Below are positions 12,065 to 22,180 of a DNA stretch of 64,000 bases, piece after piece (the stretch's first letter is position 1; the number at the start of each line of letters is the position of its first letter). Origin of the DNA: a virus; the IMG/VR virus record IMGVR_UViG_3300044846_003008. One strand, given 5' to 3'. The notes beneath the pieces were generated by a model that saw only the letters and a program-made list of their open reading frames with translations, did no database searches and had not been told where the DNA came from. Both the position numbers and the translations under genes were made by a program.

Positions 12065-12468
12065 TGAAACTTTACAATACATTTAAAAGTCTTATTTTAG
12101 AGGTAGCATCTATTGATTCCATCACTGACGCAATTAAAAAAAGACAAAAGGTTATTGTTTATTATGATGGTGATGAACCGGGTGGACGTGGTTTACGTGA
12201 AATAGAACCTGTTTGTTTCGGTTATAGTAAAGCAGATAACCCAATATTAAGAGCGTGGGATTCTGAAGGTGCGTCACATACGGGATATAAAGGTGAACAA
12301 CCTATACCGGGTTGGAGGATATTCAGATTGGATAAGATATTATCATTTAAACCGACAGGTGAAGTGTTTAATCAACCCCAACCAGGATATAACCCAAATG
12401 GTGATAAAAGTATGACACGAGTTATTATTAACGTTAAATTTGATAATAACACAAATGAACCTGTTTAA
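12064..12468 (+). CDS. Stand-alone WYL-domain protein
   Basis: R.IEP..(G)....LRAW ... WRIFRLDKI pattern of WYL domains. Confidence 0.7.
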   Translation: MKLYNTFKSLILEVASIDSITDAIKKRQKVIVYYDGDEPGGRGLREIEPVCFGYSKADNPILRAWDSEGASHTGYKGEQPIPGWRIFRLDKILSFKPTGEVFNQPQPGYNPNGDKSMTRVIINVKFDNNTNEPV

Positions 12469-12478
12469 TTTTTAAAAT

Positions 12479-13132
12479 ATGACAAACGAAAATGATTTAA
12501 TGATGAAACTAATGACCGCTAAAAAAATTATGACAAAACATAATGAAATTGGTCGTGGTGGAATTCCTGTTAATGTTAATAATTCAGCACCAATGGTTGA
12601 GGATTTTAAGTCACCACAAGCGACTTACAACTTACCATCGGAATATATGAACGAATCATTAACTATGGGACATATGCAAAATGATGATGTTAATACTCCT
12701 TATTTATCTGAAGAGGCGATGAGTAAAAACATTCATAAAATGCCCCAACAAGCTAGTCAGGATAGAATACTTCAATCAAAATTACCTGATTCAATTAAAC
12801 AACTAATGATGGAACATCCGATATCACAACCTGATAGTCCATTGTCAGGGGGTAGTGGAATTTCAAGTGAGTTGGCAGAAAAAGCTGCAAGATTGATGAA
12901 TACTAAAGCGAATGGTGATATGATTAAACCACAACAAAGTAGACCACAACAATCAACACAAGTACCACAATCAAGTGATTTAAAAGCGATGATTCAAGAG
13001 GCCGTTAGAGAAGTGTTATCTGAAAATGGTTTAATAACTGAAAGTGTTTCTAAAACAAATGACGTATTCTCATTTAAAGTTGGTTCACACATTTTTGAAG
13101 GTAAAGTGACTAAAATTAAAAAACTTAAATAA
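12479..13132 (+). CDS. Hypothetical protein
   Basis: 217-aa ORF followed by a terminator. Confidence 0.8.
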   Translation: MTNENDLMMKLMTAKKIMTKHNEIGRGGIPVNVNNSAPMVEDFKSPQATYNLPSEYMNESLTMGHMQNDDVNTPYLSEEAMSKNIHKMPQQASQDRILQSKLPDSIKQLMMEHPISQPDSPLSGGSGISSELAEKAARLMNTKANGDMIKPQQSRPQQSTQVPQSSDLKAMIQEAVREVLSENGLITESVSKTNDVFSFKVGSHIFEGKVTKIKKLK

Positions 13133-13153
13133 TTAAAATAACAAATAATTTGT

Positions 13154-13181
13154 AACCCTCACCATTTGGTGGGGGTTTTTT
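13154..13181 (+). terminator. Rho-independent terminator
   Basis: AACCCTCACCA/TGGTGGGGGTT hairpin plus T run. Confidence 0.75.
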
Positions 13182-13232
13182 ATTGATAAAAGAAATTTTA
13201 TTACCTATTATTCTTTCAATATAATATAAAAT

Positions 13233-14450
13233 ATGAAAGAAAAAATAAATGTATTAGTTCTCCCTTCAGACACAACAGGTGTTGGAAAATTTAGGTCATT
13301 AGACCCTCACACGTTTCTACAAGATTTGTATCCTGATGATTTTCACGTAGACATTGATTATGAACCAAAAGTTAATGATATAAACTATTGGAAGAAATAT
13401 CAAATAGTTCACGTACATAGGAATATTGGTCACGATTACGATTCTTCACCAAAATTGATTGAGAGTCTAAAATCAATGGGTATTGTGGTTATTGTTGATA
13501 TTGACGACTATTGGTTACCAACGAAAGAACATCCAATACATACGATTATTGTTAAGAACAAATTACACGAAAAGATTTTAAATAATTTAAAAGTCGCTAG
13601 TTTTGTTACCACAACAACGGAATTGTTTGCAAATGAAATTCGAAAATTTAACAAAAACGTAATTGTGTTACCTAACGCAATTAACCCGAAAGAATCTCAG
13701 TTCAATCAACCGACATTAAAATCCGACCGAATTAGGATTGGTTGGTTAGGAGGTTCATCACACGAACACGATTTAAAGTTATTGGGTGGATTTGTTCAAA
13801 AAAATTCATCACTTAATAATAAGTTACAATATGTGTTATGTGGATTTGACACAAGAGGTACGGTTACTGAATACAATAAACAAACAGGTGAAAATAAACA
13901 ACGTGATATTTTACCACACGAAACCGTTTGGGTTAGATATGAAAAATTGTTTACAAATGATTACAAAACACTTAATGGTGATTATCTAAATCACTTAAAA
14001 AAATACGTCAATGAACCGTTTATTTCGGATTTAGACCAACCATATAGACGTGTTTGGACTCAACCTGTCAATACTTACGCAATGAATTACTCTAACTTTG
14101 ATATTTCATTGGCACCAATTAAAAACCACATTTTTAATCGTATGAAATCTCAATTAAAAGTTATTGAAGCTGGTTTTTATAAGAAAGCGTTAATAGCATC
14201 TAACATTGGGCCTTACACAATTGACTTGAAACATTCATTAAATAATGGTAACTTTGTTGATGGTAACGCATTGTTAGTTAATGAACACAATAACCATAGT
14301 GATTGGTCTAAACACATTAAGAAATTAGTCGATAACCCAAATATGATTATTGATATGGGTGAAAGATTATACGAAACCGTTAAAGACACTTACGACTTAA
14401 ATGTTGTTACCAAAACAAGAGCTGAATTTTACAAATCTTTAATTAATTAA
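13233..14450 (+). CDS. Glycosyltransferase (GT-B/GT4-like)
   Basis: DIDDYW, IGWLGG and DISLAP..FNRMKSQLKVIEAG motifs. Confidence 0.75.
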   Translation: MKEKINVLVLPSDTTGVGKFRSLDPHTFLQDLYPDDFHVDIDYEPKVNDINYWKKYQIVHVHRNIGHDYDSSPKLIESLKSMGIVVIVDIDDYWLPTKEHPIHTIIVKNKLHEKILNNLKVASFVTTTTELFANEIRKFNKNVIVLPNAINPKESQFNQPTLKSDRIRIGWLGGSSHEHDLKLLGGFVQKNSSLNNKLQYVLCGFDTRGTVTEYNKQTGENKQRDILPHETVWVRYEKLFTNDYKTLNGDYLNHLKKYVNEPFISDLDQPYRRVWTQPVNTYAMNYSNFDISLAPIKNHIFNRMKSQLKVIEAGFYKKALIASNIGPYTIDLKHSLNNGNFVDGNALLVNEHNNHSDWSKHIKKLVDNPNMIIDMGERLYETVKDTYDLNVVTKTRAEFYKSLIN

Positions 14451-14452
14451 AA

Positions 14453-15187
14453 ATGATAAAAATACCTTTAACTAAGATATTATTCTTAGACATTGAAACT
14501 GTAGGAATTGAAAAAGATTACGACAGTTGTCTTGAAAAAAGACCTGAAATTGCTAATCAGTTTATGAAGTATTACGATTGGTTTCAGAAACGATTTCCTG
14601 AAGACCATATTAACCCACCAAACAATATTGATGAAAGGGAGAAAAGGATTAATGTGGTTTTTAGTAAAAGAACCGCATTAGTTCCTGAGTTTGCTAAAAT
14701 TGTTTGTGTTAACGTTCAGTTCGTTATGGATAATGGTGAGATTAAATCACAATCATTTTCGGGTGACGATGAAAAAAAATTATTACGTGATTGTAAAAAA
14801 GTTTTAGACAAATGTTATAGATTGGATTTCCATATCTGTGGTCACAACTTAAAGAATTTTGACATTCCGATGTTGGCTAAGAGAATGATAATCAATGGTA
14901 TTGCACCATCATCTATGTTACCATCATATGACACTAAACCTTGGGAAGTTAAAGCGATTGATACTAAAGATGTTTGGCAATATGGTGCTTATAGTTCAAT
15001 TGGGTCATTAGATTTATTATGTGCTTCGTTAGGAGTTCCATCGCCAAAAGAAGGTGATGTGACGGGTGATAAAGTTCATACGGCATATTGGGATGAAGGT
15101 AGATTAAAAGAAATAACAGAATATTGTGAACGCGATGTTCGAGTATTAATTGATATAATAATAAAATTAAAAGAATTAGAACAATGA
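14453..15187 (+). CDS. PolB-like 3'-5' exonuclease (DEDDy)
   Basis: LDIET, GHNLKNFDIP and YCERDV motifs. Confidence 0.8.
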   Translation: MIKIPLTKILFLDIETVGIEKDYDSCLEKRPEIANQFMKYYDWFQKRFPEDHINPPNNIDEREKRINVVFSKRTALVPEFAKIVCVNVQFVMDNGEIKSQSFSGDDEKKLLRDCKKVLDKCYRLDFHICGHNLKNFDIPMLAKRMIINGIAPSSMLPSYDTKPWEVKAIDTKDVWQYGAYSSIGSLDLLCASLGVPSPKEGDVTGDKVHTAYWDEGRLKEITEYCERDVRVLIDIIIKLKELEQ

Positions 15188-15789
15188 AAGAAAATGATTT
15201 AGAATTCTTCAAACAAGAAACCGAAAATCTTAAAAAAATGTTTTCAAATGACGAGTTTGATGATGAAGACATTGATTATAATCAAATTATGGATGAGTTA
15301 GGTGTTGATGTTAAAGAACTTGAGAAAGAGTTTAATAACTACACACCACAACTTACTTTAGGGTTTACAAAAGTACATCCTGATGCGGTTGAACCTAAAT
15401 ATAATTACGATAGTGATTCAGGGTTTGATTTACATTCAACTGAGGAAATTGTAGTTCCACCGTTTGGTAGAGTTTTAGTACCAACAGGGATTTCATTAGA
15501 TATCCAAGATGGTTTTGAGGTTCAGGTTAGGTCTAAGAGTGGTTTGGCGTTAAAACAAGGTTTAATGTGTTTGAATTCACCGGGAACTGTCGATAATGGT
15601 TACACGGGTGAGGTTAAAGCAATCATTTTTAATACGAATAACGAACCATTTACTATAACAAAAGGTATGAAGGTAGCTCAAGCGGTGTTATGTCCTGTAG
15701 TTAACGGAAAATGGGTTAATTTGGTTAGTAACGAAACAATAAACGAAAAAGAAAGAGGTGAGAACGGATTTGGTTCTACCGGTATATAA
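15184..15789 (+). CDS. dut: Trimeric dUTPase with acidic N-terminal extension
   Basis: SGFDL, RSKSG, GTVDNGYTGE, AQ and RGENGFGSTG motifs. Confidence 0.92.
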   Translation: MKENDLEFFKQETENLKKMFSNDEFDDEDIDYNQIMDELGVDVKELEKEFNNYTPQLTLGFTKVHPDAVEPKYNYDSDSGFDLHSTEEIVVPPFGRVLVPTGISLDIQDGFEVQVRSKSGLALKQGLMCLNSPGTVDNGYTGEVKAIIFNTNNEPFTITKGMKVAQAVLCPVVNGKWVNLVSNETINEKERGENGFGSTGI

Positions 15790-15797
15790 TTTAGAAA

Positions 15798-16334
15798 ATG
15801 GCACATCCAGAACAAAGAGTATTTTTATCATCGGTTAAAAATAAATTTCCTGAAAGTTTTAAAAATTGTCGGGTATTAGATATAGGGTCTTTAGACATTA
15901 ATGGTAATAATCGTTATTTGTTTGAAAATTACGAATATGTTGGTATTGATATTGGTGAAGGTAATAATGTTGATTTAGTATGTAGAGGTCACGAATATTC
16001 AGATGAAAACCAATTTGATGTGGTTATATCATCAGAATGTTTCGAACACGATGAATTTTGGCCTTTAACAATTAAAAACGCGATTAAACATTTAAAACCT
16101 GGTGGTATGTTCACATTTACTTGTGCCGCTCCGGGTAGACCTGAACACGGAACACGAAGAACATCACCAAGTGATAGTCCATTCACATCACAATTAGATA
16201 ATGATTACTATAGAAATTTGGACGAAAGTGATATCAGAGCTGAAATTAATATTGATGAATATTTCTCTGATTATGAATTTAAAATTACAACGGTTTTTCA
16301 TCAAGACCTATATTTTTGGGGTATAAAGAAATAA
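15798..16334 (+). CDS. Class I SAM-dependent methyltransferase
   Basis: VLDIGS, FDVVISSECFEHD, LKPGG. Confidence 0.8.
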   Translation: MAHPEQRVFLSSVKNKFPESFKNCRVLDIGSLDINGNNRYLFENYEYVGIDIGEGNNVDLVCRGHEYSDENQFDVVISSECFEHDEFWPLTIKNAIKHLKPGGMFTFTCAAPGRPEHGTRRTSPSDSPFTSQLDNDYYRNLDESDIRAEINIDEYFSDYEFKITTVFHQDLYFWGIKK

Positions 16335-16335
16335 T

Positions 16336-17091
16336 ATGAAATGGTTTACAGGTTTAAATAATCATAATAAGTCACTTTATGATGATTATATCAAAATGTA
16401 TAAAGTTGCGGTTTTTACCGCTAAAGAAACTAACCCGTCAATTAAACCCTATCTAATTTTAGATGGGGAAATTGACGATTCAGTTAATGAACTAATTGAT
16501 ATGGGTGTTAACGTCATTCAACATCGAGTATCTTTCTCTGATAAAATTTTGAACCATTATAACGATGACACAATCGCTTTAGGAGCGTTTTTACGTATTG
16601 ATATTCCTAAGATTTGTGAGTCTCTTAAAATTGAAGACGAGTATATTCTGTACACTGATAATGACGTTTATTTTATGGGTGATGTTACACCAATCACTCA
16701 ATATAAACCTGAGTTTTTTGCCGCGTGTGGTGAATTTATCCCGACATTAGAATCAATGAATATGAATTCAGGTGTTATGTGGATAAATTGGAAAGCGATG
16801 TTAAACGAGTTTGATGATTTTGTTAAATATATTGTCGAAAATTTCGCAAATAATATGTATGACCAAGATGCGTTAAAAAAATACTATGATGGACGTATAA
16901 CAAGTTTAAACCCCCTCTTTAACTACAAACCATATTGGGGGCAAAATAAAGATATTAGGATACTCCATTTTCACGGACCAAAACCTACGTTCGACGAGAA
17001 AAAATTAAATGAATTCCCCTTCCAAGCATTAATCACTCCATTTTATCGAGAAATGACGATAAATTTTAATAAAAAGTTAGAAACAATATGA
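16336..17091 (+). CDS. Glycosyltransferase family 8-like
   Basis: LYTDND (DxD), NSGVM, DQDAL, HFHGPKP. Confidence 0.8.
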   Translation: MKWFTGLNNHNKSLYDDYIKMYKVAVFTAKETNPSIKPYLILDGEIDDSVNELIDMGVNVIQHRVSFSDKILNHYNDDTIALGAFLRIDIPKICESLKIEDEYILYTDNDVYFMGDVTPITQYKPEFFAACGEFIPTLESMNMNSGVMWINWKAMLNEFDDFVKYIVENFANNMYDQDALKKYYDGRITSLNPLFNYKPYWGQNKDIRILHFHGPKPTFDEKKLNEFPFQALITPFYREMTINFNKKLETI

Positions 17092-18596
17092 TAACCATAA
17101 TTTATTCAACAAATAAAGATAAAGAATACAACGATAAGTTTAATGACCACCTAGTATTAACATCTGGACTTCAATGGGTACAGGTTTTACCTTATGTAAA
17201 TCATAACGAATACTCATTATCCGAACTTTATAATAAAGGAATAAAAGAGGCCAAGTATGATATTGTAGTTTGTTGTCATAATGATATTAAACTTGAGAAA
17301 AATTGGGGTAAAAAACTTTTGGAGGACTTTTCTAATAATCCTGATTACGGGATAATTGGAAAGGCCGGTGGGTGTCATTTCCCAAAGTCAGGAATATATT
17401 GGGAAAATATGCAACAAATTATGGTGGGTCAAGTTTATCATCACCCTGAAGGTTCTAATAAGTGGTTAAGTAAATATTCACCTAAATTACCATTTATAGT
17501 TCCTGTTGTAACAATTGATGGGTTATTCATATCTTTTGATAAAACAAAGATAAAACATAAATTTGATGAAACTATCGGTAGATTCCATTTCTATGACCAT
17601 TTATTTTGTATTCCAAATTATTTAGACGGTGTTAAGATTGGTGTTACCACATCATTCGAAATTACCCATCAATCAGTTGGGAGACCAAATCAGGAGTTTT
17701 ACGATAGTCGTGATTTGTTCGTTAAAAAATATGGGGATAAATTACCTTTAGATTTAAAACCAACGGAAATATTTGCACCTACCATAAAAGAAAAACCAAT
17801 TAAAAATATTGGTAAAATGGCGGTTATTATTCCGACTAAAAGTAAATTGGATTTATTATTTGACTGTATTGATTCTTTTCACAAAAATTGTAACTCATCA
17901 TTATATGATATTTTTGTTGCAGATACAGGGTCGTCAATTGATGAAAAAAATGAGATTAAAACGAGATATGAAAATACCAATGTTAATCTCATTGAATTTG
18001 ATTATTATAATTTCGCTAAGATTAATAACGAAGTGGTTAGGGATTATATTGGTAATGAATATGAGTTTTTATTATTCTGTAATAACGATATTAAAATAAT
18101 GAACAATGTTGTTTATGGGATGTTAAAAACATTTAAAGAAAAACCAAAATCGGGAACTATTGGTTGTAGATTACATTTTGGTGATAATACGATACAACAC
18201 GATGGTGTTATGTTATATACAAAACCAAATAGTCCTGTTCAGGTCAGTCATTATGGTCTTGGTAATTATTATAACTACACGATTGGTCTCAAATCAGTAC
18301 CTGGGTCGACAGGTGCTTTGTTAGGTATTAGAAGAAATACGTTTATTAAATCGGGTTTATTTAATGAGAAATACACCAATTGTTTTGAAGATGTTGAACT
18401 AAATTTAAAATTATTAACATTAGGGTTTGAAAATATATTTGACGGGTCATTAGTTGCTTATCATTACGAAAGTCAAACAAGAAATGAAAACCCTGACAAT
18501 CTAACAACATTATTAAATGACTATAATTATAATTTATTCCCATTTATTAGTGAGAATGTGAGTACTATTAAAAAGTACGTAATCTCAGTTCAATAA
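17088..18596 (+). CDS. Two-domain GT-A (GT2-like) glycosyltransferase
   Basis: CHNDI in the first domain; VIIPTK, LFCNNDI, FEDVE and HYESQTR in the second. Confidence 0.8.
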   Translation: MITIIYSTNKDKEYNDKFNDHLVLTSGLQWVQVLPYVNHNEYSLSELYNKGIKEAKYDIVVCCHNDIKLEKNWGKKLLEDFSNNPDYGIIGKAGGCHFPKSGIYWENMQQIMVGQVYHHPEGSNKWLSKYSPKLPFIVPVVTIDGLFISFDKTKIKHKFDETIGRFHFYDHLFCIPNYLDGVKIGVTTSFEITHQSVGRPNQEFYDSRDLFVKKYGDKLPLDLKPTEIFAPTIKEKPIKNIGKMAVIIPTKSKLDLLFDCIDSFHKNCNSSLYDIFVADTGSSIDEKNEIKTRYENTNVNLIEFDYYNFAKINNEVVRDYIGNEYEFLLFCNNDIKIMNNVVYGMLKTFKEKPKSGTIGCRLHFGDNTIQHDGVMLYTKPNSPVQVSHYGLGNYYNYTIGLKSVPGSTGALLGIRRNTFIKSGLFNEKYTNCFEDVELNLKLLTLGFENIFDGSLVAYHYESQTRNENPDNLTTLLNDYNYNLFPFISENVSTIKKYVISVQ

Positions 18597-18697
18597 TTAC
18601 TTTTGAATAGACTTGACTATTTTTTCATTAAATAGATTTCATATGATGACTATTTAAACTTAGATGATTATCATCTATAAAACTTAAAAAAGATTAA

Positions 18698-19447
18698 ATG
18701 GCTAACAGAAAAAAAGTCACACCAAATTCTGAAACTTCGGAGGTTAAACAACCTATGAGTCGTAAAGATATCATTGGTCAAATCATTAAACGTAAAACTA
18801 AGGAAAAGTTTTTAACTGAAACACAAAAAAAGTATTACGAGACATTGATTAATAATGAAATCACCGTATGTTCAGGACCTGCGGGAGTTGGAAAAAGTTA
18901 CATAACGATGAAGGCTGCGGTTGATTTGTTATCAGACCCAATGACTCCGTATGAAAAGATTATCATTGTTAGACCGGCCGTTGAGGCTGAGGAAAAATTA
19001 GGTTCATTACCCGGTAATATGGAAGAGAAATTGGACCCATATATTTTCCCGTCTTATTACTTATTAAATAAAATAGTAGGTAAAGAAGTCCGTGAAAAAT
19101 TAAAAGAAATTGATGTTATCGAAGTCTTCGCATTGGCGTTTATGAGAGGAATGAATATTGATAATTCAATTTTAATTTTTGAAGAAGGTCAGAACGCAAC
19201 CCCAAGTCAAATGAAATTGCTATTGACAAGAATAGGTTTCAATAGTAAATTTTTCATATCTGGTGATGTTGAACAATCTGACAGATATAAAGACAAGAAA
19301 CAAAGTGGTTTGTGGGACGCGATTCAAAAATTTAGGGATGATAAAGACGACACGGTAAAAGTGTTTGAATTCACCAATAAAAAAGATATTGTTCGTAACC
19401 CAAAAATCTCAAGAATTCTTGACAAATACGATAACGAATCGAATTAA
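18698..19447 (+). CDS. phoH: PhoH-family ATPase
   Basis: GPAGVGKS, RPAVE, LGSLPG, MRG, EEGQN, GDVEQSD, VRNP. Confidence 0.92.
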   Translation: MANRKKVTPNSETSEVKQPMSRKDIIGQIIKRKTKEKFLTETQKKYYETLINNEITVCSGPAGVGKSYITMKAAVDLLSDPMTPYEKIIIVRPAVEAEEKLGSLPGNMEEKLDPYIFPSYYLLNKIVGKEVREKLKEIDVIEVFALAFMRGMNIDNSILIFEEGQNATPSQMKLLLTRIGFNSKFFISGDVEQSDRYKDKKQSGLWDAIQKFRDDKDDTVKVFEFTNKKDIVRNPKISRILDKYDNESN

Positions 19448-19449
19448 GA

Positions 19450-20052
19450 ATGAGAATAGGAATTGAAGTAAATGGTGTTCTTCGGAACACCATTGGTAAA
19501 ATTGAACAAACTTACCAAAAATTTTATATTGATAAAACAGAAGGTGTTAATGACGAAGACTCTTTTGAATATAAAATGAATTTACCCGTCACATCATTAG
19601 ATTTAAGAAAACATTTTGAGTTTCAATCTGACGAGGAATTATTCACCTTTTTGTATGAAGAATTTGCGATGGAGATATTTGGACACTCACAATCGTCAGA
19701 ATATAGTACATTCAATGACTTACAAGAAATCTATTTAAAATACCGAGATAATAATGAGTTAGTTATAGTTTCCGACGAAATCGGAAAATCAAAACCATCG
19801 ACATTATTCTTTCTTTCAAAATTTGTTTGTCAATTAGAAAAAGTAAAATTTTATAGTAATTTGACAATTAATTCGATGTGGGATGAAATTGATGTTTTAC
19901 TTACATCAAATCCCGCTTTATTATTAGAGTATCCGACGAATAAAATCGTAGTTAAATATGAAACAGAATACAATAAAGATATTGAAACTGAACATACCAT
20001 CACTACGATTAAAGAGTTTGATGATAAATTACAAGAACTATTAAAATGTTAA
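19450..20052 (+). CDS. HAD-superfamily 5'-nucleotidase-like protein with atypical motif I
   Basis: MRIGIEVNGVL resembles IGIDxDGVL. Confidence 0.5.
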   Translation: MRIGIEVNGVLRNTIGKIEQTYQKFYIDKTEGVNDEDSFEYKMNLPVTSLDLRKHFEFQSDEELFTFLYEEFAMEIFGHSQSSEYSTFNDLQEIYLKYRDNNELVIVSDEIGKSKPSTLFFLSKFVCQLEKVKFYSNLTINSMWDEIDVLLTSNPALLLEYPTNKIVVKYETEYNKDIETEHTITTIKEFDDKLQELLKC

Positions 20053-20312
20053 AAGTATTAAATGAACATTATTATCTTGATATTGACGAAATGGAGTCTT
20101 ATATCAACATTAAACAACCAATAGATACGGTTAGTGGAGAAACACACATTAGTGTGGTTAAATATGAAATGGTTAAAACTATGGTTGAAATCATTATGAC
20201 TGAGAGTGAAGAAGTTGACGAAACATTAGGGGGGAAAAGTTCTGAACTTTCAATACCATTTAAATTGGCATTTAATACGTTATTAAATAAAAAAATTCTA
20301 AATAAATACTAA
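20046..20312 (+). CDS. Hypothetical protein
   Basis: 88-aa ORF in operon. Confidence 0.7.
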   Translation: MLKVLNEHYYLDIDEMESYINIKQPIDTVSGETHISVVKYEMVKTMVEIIMTESEEVDETLGGKSSELSIPFKLAFNTLLNKKILNKY

Positions 20313-20313
20313 T

Positions 20314-21375
20314 ATGAATCAAGAACAAATCACAAAAATTGAAAACTCGGTTGAGAATTTAAAAACCAAATCATCAAGAATCTATTTAGTTGTTCAGGAC
20401 ACTAAAGGAAACCCTAAAGCATCAATTGCTTACATTTACAAATTAGGTTTAACGTTAAAAAACAATGGTTTTAACCCAATTATGTTACACGAAAAACCTG
20501 ATTATACGGGAGTATCTTCTTGGTTAGGTGATGACTATAATGATTTACCTCATCAAGCGATTGAAGGTCAAAATTTACAAGTAACTCCTGACGATTTTAT
20601 CGTAATTCCTGAATTATTTGCCTTTATTATGAGTCAAATCACACAATTAACTTGTGGTAAAATTGTTTTATGTCAAGCGTACGACAATATGTTGGAAACA
20701 TTAAATGCTGGTGAGACTTGGGCACAATTCGGTTTCTACAAATGTATTACAACATCTGAGGAACAAAAAGAACAAATCCAACAAATTATGAAGAATGTCT
20801 CTTTTGACATTTTACCTCCTGTTATTTCGGATAATTTCACACCAAGTAAATTACCTGCAAAGACTATCGTTTCAATACACTCAAGAGACCAAAGAGATAC
20901 TATTAATTTAGTGAAAGCATTTTATTTAAAATATCCACAATATAGATGGGTTACTTTAAGTGATATGAGAGGTTTAAGTGAAATTGAATTCGCAACTAAA
21001 CTAAGAGAAAGTTTTGTATCAGTATGGATTGACGAAGCGAGTGGTTATGGAACATTCCCATTGGAATCAATGAAATCTAACGTCCCTGTCATCGGATTAG
21101 TACCAAATTTACTACCTAGTTGGATTAACGAGGATAATGGTATTTGGGTTAATAATAAAACACAAATTGTTGATGTATTAGCTGACCATTTACAAAATTG
21201 GTTGGAGGACAATATCAGTGAAGAATTTCACGGGAAAATGAAAACTACCGTTGAATCATTACCAACTGAAGAAGATTTTAATAAACAAGCGGTTTCTTTA
21301 TTTGAAGATTATTTCTCAACTAGACAAAAATCATTTGAAGACCAACTATCTAAACTACAAACAATAGAAGAATAA
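20314..21375 (+). CDS. GT-B glycosyltransferase-like protein
   Basis: IVIPE and SGYGTFPLESM..NVPVIG (GT4-like C-terminal motif). Confidence 0.65.
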   Translation: MNQEQITKIENSVENLKTKSSRIYLVVQDTKGNPKASIAYIYKLGLTLKNNGFNPIMLHEKPDYTGVSSWLGDDYNDLPHQAIEGQNLQVTPDDFIVIPELFAFIMSQITQLTCGKIVLCQAYDNMLETLNAGETWAQFGFYKCITTSEEQKEQIQQIMKNVSFDILPPVISDNFTPSKLPAKTIVSIHSRDQRDTINLVKAFYLKYPQYRWVTLSDMRGLSEIEFATKLRESFVSVWIDEASGYGTFPLESMKSNVPVIGLVPNLLPSWINEDNGIWVNNKTQIVDVLADHLQNWLEDNISEEFHGKMKTTVESLPTEEDFNKQAVSLFEDYFSTRQKSFEDQLSKLQTIEE

Positions 21376-21376
21376 T

Positions 21377-22180
21377 ATGGAAAAATTTGACGTATCAGTA
21401 ATATTACCAATTAAATCATCAAAAACATTAAACTTTGATGAGTATTTTGGGAAAGCAATTGAATCACTTAAAACACAAAAATTATCAATTAACGAATTAG
21501 TTATTGTTCATACTAATGAAACATCTTTAACTGAATTTTTAGATACTTTTGATTTTGGTGATTTAAAAGTTCGAAAATTTGAGTGGACTAAAACACCAAA
21601 TTACGCAGAACAAATTAATCTTGGTGTTAGAGAATCTAATTCCAAATGGGTATCTTTGTTTGAATTTGATGATGAGTATTCAAATATTTGGTTTAAAAAT
21701 GTTGATTTATATAGTAAATCATATGAAGATGTTGACGCATTTTTACCAATAGTTGTTGACACAACTGACAATGGTATTTTTGCAGGATTTACAAATGAGG
21801 CGACATTTGCGGCTAACTTTAGTCAGGAAATGGGTGTTTTAAGTAATGAAACATTACAACAATACCAAAATTTCCAATCATCAGGTATGGTTATTAAAAA
21901 AGATAAATTCATTGATTATGGTTTAATTAAACCATCATTTAAGTTAACATTTGGTTATGAATTTTTCTTGAGAATGACACATAACTCAGTTAAAATTATG
22001 TCAATTCCAAGAATTGGTTACAAACACGTTAATTTACGTGAAGGTTCTATCTTCTGGAATTACAAAAAAGGTGATAATGTATTGACTGATGATGAAGTAA
22101 GATTTTGGGTTGAGTCGGCTAAAAAAGAGTATTTCTTTATTAATGACAGAGCCATAAAGTTTGAACCTCAAGAAGTTTAA
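21377..22180 (+). CDS. GT-A (GT2-like) glycosyltransferase
   Basis: VSVILPI, AIESL..Q, NLGV, FEFDDE. Confidence 0.7.
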   Translation: MEKFDVSVILPIKSSKTLNFDEYFGKAIESLKTQKLSINELVIVHTNETSLTEFLDTFDFGDLKVRKFEWTKTPNYAEQINLGVRESNSKWVSLFEFDDEYSNIWFKNVDLYSKSYEDVDAFLPIVVDTTDNGIFAGFTNEATFAANFSQEMGVLSNETLQQYQNFQSSGMVIKKDKFIDYGLIKPSFKLTFGYEFFLRMTHNSVKIMSIPRIGYKHVNLREGSIFWNYKKGDNVLTDDEVRFWVESAKKEYFFINDRAIKFEPQEV

